From Somniosus microcephalus (lineage: Eukaryota): a stretch of 64,000 bases of DNA. Within the stretch, counting starts at the first letter, position 1. Each line of letters opens with the position of its first letter. The notes under the pieces were generated by a model, which was not told the origin of the DNA, did no database searches, and worked only from the letters and a program-made list of their open reading frames with translations. Of the stretch, positions 11,110-23,689 are shown in pieces. The stretch is taken from the NCBI GenBank assembly GCA_052327205.1, contig JBMRGM010000040.1, positions 47,678,001 to 47,742,000 on the forward strand. Direction: 5' to 3'. Both the position numbers and the translations under genes were made by a program.

Positions 11110-12930
11110 AAATCTATCTCTGTAACTTCCCCCATTACCTACAACCCTCTCTATCTCTGTAATCTCATGTAGCCCTACAAATCTCCCTATCTCTACAATC
11201 ACATCCAGCCCATTCAACATTCCTTATCTCTATTACATCCCCCAGCCGCTACAGCCCTCCCTATCTCTGTAACCTGCTCCAGCCCTAGAACCCCCCTCCC
11301 ATCTCTGTACACTCCTCCAAACCCATATCGCAGTACCCTCCTCCAGACCCACAACCCTCCCCATCTCTGTAACCTCCTCCAGCACTACAACAATCCCTCT
11401 ATCTGTAACATCCGCCGGTCCCTAGAACCATATCTGTAACCTGCTCCAGCCCAACAACCCTCCCTATATCTGTAACATTCTCCAGCACCTACAACACTCC
11501 CTGTCTCTGTAACCTCCACCCCTTACAGCCCTCCCTATCTCCGTAACCTCCTGCAGGCCCTACCATCCTCCCAATCTCTGTAACATTCTCCAGCCCCGAG
11601 AACACCCCCTATCTCCGTAATCTGCACCTGCCCTGCAACCCTCACCATCTCTGCAACCTCCTCCAGCGCTACATCTCTCCCTATCGCAATAAATTCCCCT
11701 GGTCTCCAGAACCCTTGCTCTCTCGCTAACCTCCACCAGCTCTACAACCCTTCCTATCTCTGTAACATCCTCCAGCCCCTAACACCCTATCTCTGTAACC
11801 TCCTCCAGCCCAGCAACCCTTCCTAACGCTGTAACCTCCACCAGACCCTACTGCCATCCCTATCTCTCTAGCCTCCTTCAGCTCTACAACCTTCCCTATC
11901 TCGGTAACTTCCTCCAGTCCCGGAACACCCCAATCTCTGCAAACTCCTCCAGCCCCTACAACTCTCCCTATCTCTGTAAGCTCCGCTCGACCCTAGGACC
12001 CTTGCTCTCTCTGTAAACTCCTCCAGCCCTAGAGCTCTCCCTTCCTCCAGAACCTCCTCAAGCCCTTACATTCCTCCCTATCTCTGTCACATCCTCCAGC
12101 CCCTACACACCTCCCTATCTCTGTAAACTCCTCCATCGCCTAGAAAACTCGCTATCTCCGTAACCTCCGCCAGCTCTACAGACCTGCCCATCTCTGTAAT
12201 CGCCTCCAGCCCTACAAATCTCCTTATCTCTGTAAGCTCCTCCAGCCCTACCAACCTCCCTACCTGTGTCACCTCCTCCAGCCGTGCAACCTTACCTTTC
12301 CCTGTAACATTCTCCAGCCCGTATTACCTTCCCTAGCTCTGCAGCCTCCTCCAGCAACTACAACACTCCATATCTCTGTAACCTCCTCCAGCCCTACAAA
12401 ACACTCCATCTCTGTAAACACCTGAAGCCCCACAACCCTCCCTAGCTCTGTATCCTCCGCCTGTCCCCAGAAAGATTGCTATTTCTTTAACCTCCTCCAG
12501 ACCTACAAATCTCCCTATCTCTGTAATCACCTCCAGCCATACAACCCTCCCTATCTCTGTAAATTCCTCCAGCCATACAACCCTTCCTAACTCTCTAAGA
12601 TCCTCCAGCCCTACAACCCTATGTGTAACCTCGTCCAGCCCAACAACCCTCCCTATCTCTGTAACACCCTTCAGCACCTACAGCACTCCCTATCTCTTAA
12701 CGTCCTCCAGCCCCTACAACCCTCCCTATCTGTGTAACATCCTCAAGCCCCTACAACCCTCCCTTTCTCTGTAAACTTATTCAGCACTACAACCCTCCCT
12801 AACTCTGTAACTTCTTCGACACTTCAACCCTCCCTATCTCTGAAAATTCCTCCAGCCCCATAATCCTCCATATCTATGTAACAGCATTTACTATCTCTAA
12901 CATCCTCCAGCCCCTAAAATCATCGCAATA
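11110..12930 (+). repeat. ~37-bp minisatellite (~1.8 kb) expanded from an L2 segment
   Basis: Unit CCCTACAACCCTCCCTATCTCTGTAACCTCCTCCAGC runs directly into the L2 3' end. Confidence 0.88.
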
Positions 12931-13215
12931 TCTGCGCACCTTCAATTCTGGCCATTTGCGCATCCCTGATTTTCAGGTGCCTCGGCACTGAGCTCTGGAA
13001 TTCCCTCCCTAACCCTATCTGCTTCTCTACCAACCTCTGCTACATTAAGACGCTTCTTAAAACCTACTTCTCTCACCAAGGTTTGGGTCACCTGTCCTAA
13101 TATCGCCTTATGTGCCAAGTTATCAAATTTTGTTTGATAATCGCTCCTGTGCAGCGCCTTGGGACGCTTTACCATTTCAAAGGCGCTACAGAAATGCAAG
13201 CTATTATGTTGTTAT
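12930..13215 (+). mobile_element. L2-clade LINE 3' end
   Basis: CTCTGGAATTCCCTCCCT...AAAACCTAC...GCGCCTTGGGACG...AAAGGCGCTACAGAAATGCAAG plus a TGTTG tail; an inverted homologue lies at ~62295. Confidence 0.7.
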
Positions 13216-13244
13216 TTTCATTTACTTAAATTTATTCATTCACG

Positions 13245-13660
13245 GGATGTGGGATGTAATATATTGGCTTGGATAGGGGCTTGGCTAACTAACAGAAAAC
13301 AGAGATTCTTTATGAATACGGAATTTTCCGGTTGGCAATCAGTAACAGTTCACTTGGTAGATTCGTGGGATGAAGGGATTGACGTATGACAAAGGTTGAG
13401 CAGGTTGGGCCTGTGCTCATTGGAGTTTAGAACAATGAGAGGTGGTCTTATTGAATCATAAAAGTTTCTGAGGGGTTGACAGGCTGGATTCTGAAAGGAT
13501 GTTTCCCCTAGCGGGGATATCTAGAACTAGGGGGCGTAGTTTCATAATAAGTGTCGACAATTTAAGTCGGAATTGAGGAGGAATTTCTTCTCTCAGAGGC
13601 TCGTGAACCTTTGGAATTCTCTATCACAGAGAGCTGTGGAGGTGGTGTCCTTGAATATAA
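13245..13660 (+). mobile_element. CR1 fragments with an internal deletion
   Basis: ILAWIGAWLTNRKQR and RRNFFSQRLVNLWNSL. Confidence 0.8.
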
Positions 13661-13661
13661 T

Positions 13662-14440
13662 CTCTGTCATGGCCTTGGCTAATGCTCTTTTAGGGTCCGA
13701 TTCATGCGTTCTACCATCCCCGAACCCTGGGGCTGTTAGGGTACGGCCAATTTCTGTTTTATCGGCATTAGCTAGCACACTGCCTTTACCACTTGCCCTG
13801 TGAAATGTGTTCCCCTCTCTGAATCTATCTGCAAAGGAACTCCCCATCTTGGGATGATTTCTTTAGCTAATATCTGCCCTACGGTAATAGCTGAGCAGAC
13901 TCAGGTAGCAAAAGCCTCCATCCATTATGTAAATTGGTCAATAATTAGAAAGCAATATTTTTTTGCCTGACTTGGGGTGGTGTTGGTGGTACGGGTCCTG
14001 TAAAGTCTATCTGTATTTGTTCCCAATCCTGAACTTCCCCCTCTCGGTTATCTTTGTGAAATTCTATAATTTTAACTCCCTCTGGTCATATGGCGACCGC
14101 TGCCACCTGACACATGGGTGCATCTTGCGCTGCTCTAATTGACGCTAAATCAGTATTTCTGTTGCATATTTGTAGTGGATCGCGTCCCTTCTGATGAGCT
14201 TTCACCTTAATTACTGCTGCTTGTTGAGGCAGTTTTGCTGCTTCCAATAACACCTTTACTACTTTCACATGCTGTACCGCTCCTCCACTTGAGGGGATGT
14301 ACACTCTCCTACTCCAGGCTGTAATATTGTCATGTACCACTCCAAAGGCATATCTACTGTCCGTATATATATATTTGCTCTCCGGCCCTCAGTTAGTTTC
14401 ATGGCCTGTGAGCGCTATCAATTGTGCTACTTGGGCTGAT
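13662..14440 (-). pseudogene. pol: ERV RNase H and integrase core remnants
   Basis: ORF 14086-14340 is RNase H. Hand translation of 13662-14030 gives the integrase D,D,E motifs, interrupted by stops. Confidence 0.85.
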
Positions 14441-17400
14441 ATTTGGGGAGGGCTAACAAAGAAAGGGAATACACATTAAATGGTAAGATATTGAGTAGTG
14501 CATAGGAACTAATGGACCATGGATTCCATGTCCACAGATCATAGAAGATAGGAGCAGGAGTAGGCCATTGGGCCCCTTGAGCCAACGCCGCCATTCAATG
14601 ATATCACGGCTGATCATCGAAAGTCAGTACGCTGTCCCTGCCTTCGCCCCATATGCCTTGATCCGTTTAGCCTTAAGTAATATATCTAACTCCTTCTTGA
14701 ATATATTTATTGAATTGGCCTCCACTGCCTTCTATGGTAGAGAATTCCACAGGTTCACTAGTCTCTGGATGATGTAATTCCTCCTCATCTCTTTCGTAAA
14801 TGGCTTACCCCTTATCCATAGACTGTGACCCCTGGTTCTGGACTCCCTGGCCATTGGGAACATCCTTCCTGCATATGGTCTGTCTAGTCCTGATAGCATT
14901 TTATAAGACTCAATGAGGTCCCCTCTGATTCTTCTAAACTCCAGTGAGTATAAGCCCAGTCGACCCGATCTCTCCTCATACATTATTCCTGCCATCCCAG
15001 GTATCAGTCTGGTGATTCTTCCCTGAACTCCCTCCATGGCAAGAGCATCCGTCCTCAGATAAGTCGACCAAAACTGCACACAATACTTAAGATGTGGTCG
15101 CACCAACCCCCTGTACAAATGCAGCAAGTCATATTTGTTCCTGGACACGACCCCTCTCGCTATGAAGGCCAACATACCATTTGCCTTCTTAACCGCCTGC
15201 TGCACCTGCTTGCCTACATTCTGCGACTGGTGCACAAGGACATGCAGGGCTCGTTGCACTTCCCCTTCTCCCAATCTACTGCTGTTCAGATAATAATCTG
15301 CCTTCCTCTTCCGATAACCTCGCATTTATCAACATTACTGTATACTGCATCTGCTGTGCTTCTGCCCAATCACCCAACCTGTCCTAATCATACTGGAGCT
15401 TCTCGGCATCGTCCTCACAGCACACATGCGCACCCACCGTTTTGTCATCTGCAAACTTGGAGATATTACATCTAGCTCCCTCTTCTAGACAATTTATATA
15501 TATTGTGAATAGATGGGGTCCTAGGACCGATCCCTGCGATACTCCACGAGTCACTGCCTGCCCCTTGGAAAAAGATCCGTTTATTCCCACACTCTGCTTC
15601 CTGTCTGCCAAGCAGTTCTCTATCCAAGTCAGTACCTTGCCGCCAATCCCATGTGCCTTAACTTTTCACACTAATCTCTTATGCGGGAACTTATTAAAAG
15701 CTTTCTGAAATTCCAAATACACCACATCCACTGGTTCTCCCTTATCTACCCCAATTTTTACATCCTCAAAAAATTCCAGTAGCTTAGTCAAGCATGATTT
15801 ACGTTTTGTAAATCCATGTTGATTTTGTCCGATCCTGACACTGTTCTCCAAGTGTTCTGTATTACATCTTTTATAATGGACTGTAGCATTTTCCCAAGCA
15901 GCAATGTCAGGCTTACCGGTCTATAATTCCTCGTTTCTCTCTACCACCCTTTTTGAATAGTGGGGTAAAATTAGCTGCCCTCCAATCGATGGGAACTGTC
16001 CCAGATTCCATCGAATTTTGGAAGATGACCAGCAATGCATCTACTATTTCTAGGGCCACTTCCTTAAGTACCCTAAGATGTAGATTATCCGGTCTTGGGG
16101 ATGTATCGGCCTTCAATCTCGTCAATTTCCCTAACACCATTTCCATACAAATACAGTTTTCTTTCAGTTCCTCCCCCTCATTGGACCCTGTGTTCCCTGA
16201 CATCTCTGGGAGGTTATGTGTGTCCTCCGTTTGTGAAGACAGAACCAAAGTATGTAGTTAATTGATCAGCCATTTCTTTGTTGCCCATTATAGATTTCCC
16301 TGATTCTGACTGGGAGGGACCTGCGCTGGACCTTACCAATCACTTTCTCTTCACATATCTATAAAAGATTTTACAGTCAGCTTTTATGTTCCTCGCAAGC
16401 TTCCTCTCATATTCTATATTCCACTTCTTAATTAATCACTTTTTCCTCTTTTGGTGAATCCTAAACTTCTCCCATTCTTCAGGTTTACTACTCTTTCAGG
16501 CCAATTTATATGTCCTCTACTTGGATCATATGCTAACCCTAATTTCCCTTGCTAGCCACGTTTGAGTCACCTTTTTTGGTTCATTTTTATGCCATACAGG
16601 GATGAACAAATTCTGTAGTTCATCCATGCGATCTTTGAATGTTTGCGATTGCCTATCCACCGCCAACACTTTGAGTAACATTCCCCAATGAATCCTACAT
16701 AACACGCGCCTCATACCATCGTAGTTTCCTTTATTTAAATTCAGGACCCTGGCCTCTGTGTCAACTACTTGACTCTCCATTCAATGAAGAAATCTATCAT
16801 ATTATGATCGCTCCACCCCAAGGGGCCTCGCACAACACGATTGCTAATTAATCCTTCCTCATGACTTAATACCCAGTCTAAGATGGCCTGATCTCTATTT
16901 GGTTCCTCGACATATTGGTCCAGGAAACCATCCCGGAAGGTAGCAGTGCAAGTAGATAAGGTGGTTAAGAAGGCTTATGTAATGCTTGCCATAATTAGCC
17001 GTGGCATAGAGCACTACAGCAGGGGGGTTATCATTCAACTGTATAAAACACCAGTTAAGCCTCAGCTAGAGTACTGCCTGCAGTTCTCGTCACCACATTA
17101 CAGGACAGATGTGATTGCACTGCAGCGCGTAGAGTGGAGATTTATAAGGCTATTGCCCGGCATGGAGAATGTTAGCTATGAGAAAAGATTGGATAGGCTG
17201 GGTCTGATTTCCTTGGAACAGATGAGGCTGAGGGAGACCTTATTGAGGTGTATAAAATTATGTTTGGCATATATAAATTGGATAGAAAGGACCAATTTTC
17301 GTTAGCAGAGATGTCAAATGCCAGGGGGCGCAGATTTATAGTAATTGGGGGAAGGTTTAGAGGGAAATTGTGGGGAGCTTCACCCAGAGGGTTGTGGGTG

Positions 17401-17622
17401 CCTGGAAATCACTGCCTGAAAGGGTGTTAGAGGCAGAAACGTTAACCACATTTAAAAAGTACTTGGATGTGCATTGTTGATGCTCTAACCTGCAGGGCTG
17501 CGGATCAAGAGCTCGGAAGTGAGATTAGGCTGGATAGCTCCTTGTTGGCCGGCACAGACATGATGGGCTAAAAGGCCTTCTTCTGTGCTGTAACATTCTG
17601 TGATTCTATGATTCTATGATTC
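14441..17622 (+). mobile_element. CR1 3' portion inserted in the ERV RNase H, itself split by an inverted CR1
   Basis: 14441-14540 (...CACAGATC) continues at ~16931 (CCGGAAGGTAGCAGTGCAAG...). It ends in (ATTCTATG)n at 17596-17622, where ERV sequence resumes. Confidence 0.85.
14541..16930 (-). mobile_element. CR1 ORF2 (RT) nested in the CR1 above
   Basis: Minus-strand ORFs with YLEFQKAFNKFPH, GVSQGSVLGP, KFADDK, RRNYIIQRLVNLWNSLP; 3' tail at ~14541. Confidence 0.92.
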
Positions 17623-19480
17623 CCCTGGCTGTTGTCCTTGCAATGTTATTTCTCCTCCTGTTACGATTGCCCATTCGTTATGTGGACATCCTGTCAACAT
17701 ATCATCTACACCCTTCGAAAAACAACACAATTTCTGCCTCCTCTAATTCCTCCTCCTTCATTATACTGTATAAGTCCGTTTCTAATTCTGTCACACAGTT
17801 GTGCTCCTCTCCTCTGTCAGCGTACATTCCGCTGGGTAAACCCTACTGTCTTTCTCTATCAAGATCGATTTATCTCTAGGTAAAAGGATGGCTTCCCATG
17901 CTGCTTGCCTGCTGTCTGAGACCATTCTGTTTCCCAGTGTTCTATAGCCCCACCATGGTCTGTCTGGTGTGCAATATAATTTCTCCTGTCATCACTATCG
18001 GTTCACTAACCTTAACTGCCCATGTGGTGCAGTCTATGGCCGCAATACATCGGGGCAGTCCTTTCGGCACTGGTGATACTTTGGTGGAAAAGTATGCTGC
18101 AGGTCTCATCCTATCCCCAAGTACCTGGGTTAGTCCTGCAATATAATAGCCAGCCTCATTATTTAAAAACAGATGGAACGGCTTTCCCACACAAGGGAGT
18201 CCTACAGCTGGGGCATGTACAAAAGCCCGCTGTAGTTCACTATAAGCCATATCTTGCTCCTTTCCCCATTCTACAGGGGTGCTCGGTGGATGGCCCCCTT
18301 TATATAGTCTCTGACTGGGTTATGCCTTTTCGGCAAAATCCTCCATAAAATTCCTGCAGTAATTAAACAACCCCGCCAACATCTGTTGGTCTTGGCATTC
18401 CCTCAATAGCCCTTTTATGGTCTTCTGGCATGCTGCACTGTCCCTGCGCGATGTTACACTGCAGATACTGCACCTCACATTTGCCTACCTCGGCTTTCCT
18501 GGGACTGGCTTTCAGTGCAGCCTCGTCTAAGGATTGTGGTATGGTCAGCAGGGCTCGCACATGACTATTGTTGGATATGGAGGCTATTAGTAGTTCTTCC
18601 ACATATTGGATTACTGTACTCCCGTTCTCCAACTGGACTCCTTCTAGTACTTGGTTCATTAATCTGTGGAATATAGCCGGGCTATTGTGGATTATTTGCG
18701 TCAATGTATTCCACATATATTTTTCTCTCCTACCGTAATAGCAAAATTATTTTGTGACTCCGGTGCCAATGGAATGGTTCAAAATCCATGAGCTATATCC
18801 AATACTGTCGGGACTACCTACTATGGGGTATTCTCTGGGAATCACCTCATTCAAGGCGGTGTTATCTAATGTTAAACAGTGTGAACGGTCCAGGTTCCCC
18901 ACCGGCCACACCGGTGAATTCGTGGTGGATTGGGTTTCTCTCACTACTCCTCTTTCTTCTAAATCAATCACTGATCTAACCACCGCTTCCTGTGCTTCCG
19001 TTTTTATAGGGTCTTGCTCCCGAGGGGTGTGCTCTGGTCCAGAGACATGTAGGGGATCCATTACCACATCCATACAGTCCAGTTTATGTTTTTCCCACAC
19101 CCCACTAACTTGTTGACACAAGATTCCATGCTGTGCCCGAGGGTTCCCAGCAACCGCATTTAAGGTGACCACTGTGCCACGCCACCTCTTTTTACATTCA
19201 GGGGTTTGTAAGATAATCACCCCTTCTGGGTCTGTAATGGCCCCTAATTTCTTAATAGGTCCATCACTAGGATAGTAACTGCAGTATTCTTACATACCAG
19301 GTGCGGGCGGGAATCAGTACCCCGGCCACTTCCAGGAGCACTGGTTCATTTCTCTTCGCTTTAAAGTTACTGCCCCCCACCCCAATCACCAGATTAGTTT
19401 GTGCAGTGGTCTGGCGGTCTAATATCCGCAGTTGAGACCGATGTACCCGAATATGCTAACATCTGACACTGGTGGCTCCC
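17623..19480 (-). pseudogene. pol: ERV protease/RT/tether remnants
   Basis: ORFs 17942-18250, 18363-18716 and 18747-19220; a degenerate protease-like MLAYSGTSVS at ~19430-19460. Confidence 0.82.
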
Positions 19481-20049
19481 CAGATTTGATTCTATAAATC
19501 CTTTACAGGTTTTGATGGGGGCGGGGGCGCTCCCTATTTCTGAGTCAGCTCGACCAACAGTTCCCGGACTGCTTGTTCAGTAATTCCGGTGTTGGGTCCA
19601 GAGATCCCTTGGCCCCTTTTGCCAAGGTCCCTGTCCTTCATTACATCTGCTAAGTTATTCCAGTCAATGTCATCGCCATCATCACTACTGTCAGATGGTG
19701 GCAACAATGTGGCTACCTTTTCTGTCCTTTCTTGGGTTTTGTCGTGCCAACTTTTTGTTTTACTCGTCTACATAGTCCTAAATACAGATTGGTGAGTATT
19801 ACTACGGCTTTCGCTTCCTTGTCCTTCTTTTGTACTACCCACCATGCTTTCTGGGCTTCCAGGGATCTGTCCGCGTCCCAACCATCTTTTCCCATTATCT
19901 CAATGTATCTTTTTCTTATCCACCAGATAACCTGTTATAGTGCCCTCGGGGCCCCATCCGAGCTTGAATTTTCTGTCTTTGACATGGCTTCTTCTCCAAA
20001 TTCATTATTACACATCCAGGACTGTGCAGCATCTAACCGGCGCGTGATG

Positions 20050-22650
20050 TCTGCAACCAGCCTGGTTTACTCTAACCAGCTCCTGCAACCCGCTTGGTTT
20101 TACTCTAACCAGTTTCTACAACCCACCTGGTTTTATGCTAACCAGCTTCTGCAACCTGCCTGGTCTTACTCTAACCAGCGTCAGCAACCCACCTGGTTGT
20201 ACTCTAACCAAAGTCTAGATCCCGCCTGGTTTTACTATGACCAGCATCTGCAACCCACCTGGTTTTACTCTAACCAGCGTCAGCAACCTGCCTGGTCTTA
20301 CTCTAACCAGCGTCAGCAACCCACCTGGTTGTACTCTAACCAAAGTCTAGATCCCGCCTGGTTTTACTATAACCAGCGTCTACAACCTGCGTGGTTTTAC
20401 TCTAACCAGTGTCTACAACCCGCCTGGTTTTTATCTAACCAGCGTCTACAACCCGCGTGGTTTTATTGTAACGAGTGTCTACAACCCGCCTTGTTTTACT
20501 CTAACCAGAGTCAGCAACACGCCTGGTTTTACACTAACCAATGTGTGCAACCCGCCTGGTTTTAGTCTAACCAGCGTCTGCAACCCGTCTGGTTTTACTG
20601 TAACCAGCGTCTAAAACCCGCCTGGTTTTACTATAACCAGCGTCTACAACCCGCGTGGTTTTACTCTAACCAGCGTCTACAACCCGCCTGGTTTTTATCT
20701 AACCAGCGTCTGCAACCCGCGTGGTTTTACTGTAACGAGTGTCTACAACCCGCCTTGTTTTACTCTAACCAGAGTCAGCAACACGCCTGGTTTTACACTA
20801 ACCAATGTGTGCAACCCGCCTGGTTTTAGTCTAACCAGCGTCTGCAACCCGCCTGGTTTTACTCTAACCAGCGTCTACAACCCGCCTGGTATTACTATAA
20901 CCAGAATCTACAACCTGCGTGGTTTTACTCTAACCAGCGTCTACAACCCGCCTGGTTTTAACCTAACCTGCATCTAAAACCCGCGTGGTTTTATTCTAAC
21001 CAGCGTCTACAACCCGCCTGGTTTTACTATAACCAGCATCTACAACGCGCCTGGTTCTACTCTAACCAGCGTCTACAACCCGCCTGGTTTTAACCTAACC
21101 TGCGTCTAAAACCCGCGTGGTTTTATTCTAACCAGCGTCTACAACCCGCGTGGTTTTACTCTAACCAGCGTCTATAACCCGCCTGGTTTTGCTATAACCA
21201 GCGTCTACAACCCGCCTGGTTTTACTATAACCAGCATCTACAACGCGCCTGGTTCTACTCTAACCAGCATCTACAACCCGCCTGGTTTAACTCTAACCAG
21301 TGTCTACAACCCGCCTGGTTTTAATCTAAGCAGTGTCTACAACGCGCCTGGTTTTCCTCTAACCAGTGTCTACAACCAGCCTGGTTTTACTCTAACCAGT
21401 GTCTACAACCAGCTTGGTTTTACTCTAACCAGCGTCTGCAACCCACCTGGTTGCACTCTAACCAGCATCAGCAAACCGACTGGTTTTACGCTAACCAGTG
21501 TCTACAACCCGCCTGGTTTTACACTAGCCAGCATCTACAACCCACCTGGTTTAAGTATAACCAACACCGACAACCCGCCTAGTTTTACTCTAAGCAGCAT
21601 CTATAACCCGCCTGGTTTTATTCTAACCAGCGTCTATAACCCACCTGATTGCACTCTAACCAGCATCAGCAAACCGACTGGTTTTACTCTAACCAGTGTC
21701 TACAATCCACCTGGTTTAAGTATAATCAACGTCGACAGCCCGCCTGGTTTTACTCCAACCAGCATCTACAACCCGCCTGGTTTTATTATTACCAGTGTCT
21801 ACAACCCGCCTGGTTTTACTCTAACCAGCATCTACAACCCGCCTGGTTTTACTCTAACCAGTGTCTACAACCCGCCTCGTTTTACTCTAACCAGTGTCTG
21901 CAACCCGCCTGGTTTTACTCTAACCAGTGTCTACAACCCTCCTTGTTTTAATCTAACCAGTGTCTACAACCCGCCTGGTTTTACTATAACCAGCGTCTAC
22001 AACCCGCCTGGTTTTACTCTAACCAATGTCTACAACCCGCCTGGTTTTACTATAACCAGCGTCTACAACCCACCTGGTTTTACTCTAACCAATGTCTAAA
22101 ACCCGCCTGGTTTTACTCTAACCAGCGTCTACAATCAGCCTGGTTTTACTCTAACCAGCGTCTACAACCCGCCTGGTTTAACTCTAACCAGTGTCTACAA
22201 CACGCCTGGTTTTACTCTAACCAGTGTCTACAACACGCCTGGTTTTACTCTAACCAGTGTCTACAACCCGCCTGGTTTACCTCTAACCAGTGTCTACAAC
22301 GCGCCCGGTTTCACTCTAACCAGCGTCTACAACCCGCATGGTTTTAATCTAACCAGTGTCTGCAACCCGTGAGGTTTTACTCTAACCAGTGTCTACAACC
22401 CACGTGGTTTTACTCTAACCAGCATCAGCAACCCACGTGGTTTTACTCTAACCAGCATCAGCAACCCGCCTGGTTTTACTATAACCAGCGTCTACAACCC
22501 GCCTGGTTTTACTATAAACAGTGTCAGCAACCCGCCTGGTTTTACTATAACCAGTGTCTACAACCCGCCTGGTTTTACTCTGACCAATGTGTGCAACCCA
22601 CCTGGTTTTACTCTGACCAATGTGTGCAACCCGGCTGGTTTTACTCTGAC
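20050..22650. repeat. 33-bp minisatellite, ~78 copies, in the ERV leader
   Basis: Consensus AACCAGCGTCTACAACCCGCCTGGTTTTACTCT; 11-aa periodicity in + ORFs. Confidence 0.97.
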
Positions 22651-23011
22651 CATCTGTTGGGCTCCGGTCTCAAGGCCTCTCACCATGTTCAGTTTTGAGC
22701 ACATCTGCCTTATCTTTGTGGTTTGGAATATCTCCCTTGGCTAGGCTCCCTCGGCCTCTGACCGTGCTCGGGTCTAACCACCTATGTTTACCTTTGTGAT
22801 TCACACCACCTCCCTCAGCTAGGCTCTCTCTGCCTCTCACTGTGGGTCGATTCTGACCACCTCTATGAGGCGCCTTAGTCTCTACCATCTGATGCTGCCG
22901 GTCCCCACATCTTACAGATTCATGGATACACTTGCGTTATACATCCCACTGTTCCGATCAAGTAAAGCATAAAAATTATAGTCACTCGCCATCTGGGGAT
23001 CTGCGCAGGGT

Positions 23012-23029
23012 ATCCTGCCGACTATGGCA
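23012..23029 (-). promoter_or_regulatory. ERV primer-binding site (tRNA-Ser)
   Basis: The + strand reads ATCCTGCCGACTATGGCA versus the mature tRNA-Ser 3' end ATCCTGCCGACTACGCCA (16/18). It lies 4 nt from the LTR end (TG at 23034). Confidence 0.8.
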
Positions 23030-23033
23030 AAAA

Positions 23034-23676
23034 TGTCATGGGTGAAATGGACTCAGAGGGGACATTGGTATGGTAAAACGATCGCGTTATTCAAGTGCAC
23101 TGGGAGAAATCTCCGTTCCAGGAAGGCCAAGAGGATTTCTGTTTTTACAGCAAAAAGCAGCTGCTTTTATGCTTGAAAAACGACAAAAGGTCAACGTAAC
23201 CATTTTGCACGTAACCATTACTTAGAAAAACCACAGAAAAGTTATTGTTTGTCACCTGAGCTGTCTACACACATTGTGGTTTCTGTTATCTGGGTCAGCT
23301 TAACAGTTTAGGTACCGTAACAGTGGTCAAACACCATTTACAATCAAAGACCCACAGGAGGCTTTAATCAACTTCAGCAACTTACCCACAATGCCCAGGG
23401 GGCCGGTCTCGAGCCCTTCAATAACCCTGTAACAGTGACACTTTAACCACAATGCCCAGGTCATATTTCACACCATTCAGTCCAGGTTGAATACATTCAA
23501 TGGAAGTCACGAGCGGAGTAATTGCAGTTATATTTCAAATGTTATGTACATTTACAATCAAACAATTTGAAATATACGACCCGAGGGGGATTTCCTACTG
23601 TTTCCAGCTCCTCGGTGTACAATGTTGGGAGCGCCATAAACACTCGCCTTTCCCCACTGAGCCTAAATTGATAAGA
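23034..23676 (-). repeat. Putative ERV 5' LTR
   Basis: Ends ...CA next to the PBS on the minus strand. TATA-like CATAAAAG at ~23165 and polyA-like AATAAC at ~23088. Outer boundary uncertain (23434 or ~23676). Confidence 0.55.
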
Positions 23677-23689
23677 ATATGTTGTTGCT

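Larger units (their letters stand above)
13662..23676 (-). mobile_element. Endogenous retrovirus (5'LTR-PBS-leader-gag/pro-RT-tether-RNaseH-IN), degenerate and 3'-truncated
   Basis: RT: NSPVWPV, HNSPAIFH, QYVEELLIAS. Tether: APAVGLP..KPFHLF...LTQVLG..RPAAYFS. RNase H: SAQVAQLIAL, AVIKVKAHQ. IN: QIDFTGP, EIIPRWGVPLQIDSERGTHF, GMVERMNRTLK. A tether plus a separate RNase H is the Retroviridae layout. Confidence 0.88.

Noticed and set aside
7610-12677. Periodic ORFs (YCPSDSAAL, LFLCNRLEGLNG, EIGRVVGLEE; the second superficially LRR-like)
   Set aside because: Translations of TE-derived minisatellites.
20050-22650. CRISPR-like array of palindromic 33-bp repeats
   Set aside because: Units are head-to-tail with no unique spacers, there are no cas genes, and the context is eukaryotic.
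19732-22698. Repeat protein (QPAWFYSNQRL)n ORFs on the + strand
   Set aside because: By-product of a 33-bp unit with one mostly stop-free frame; interrupted by scattered stops and antisense to the ERV.
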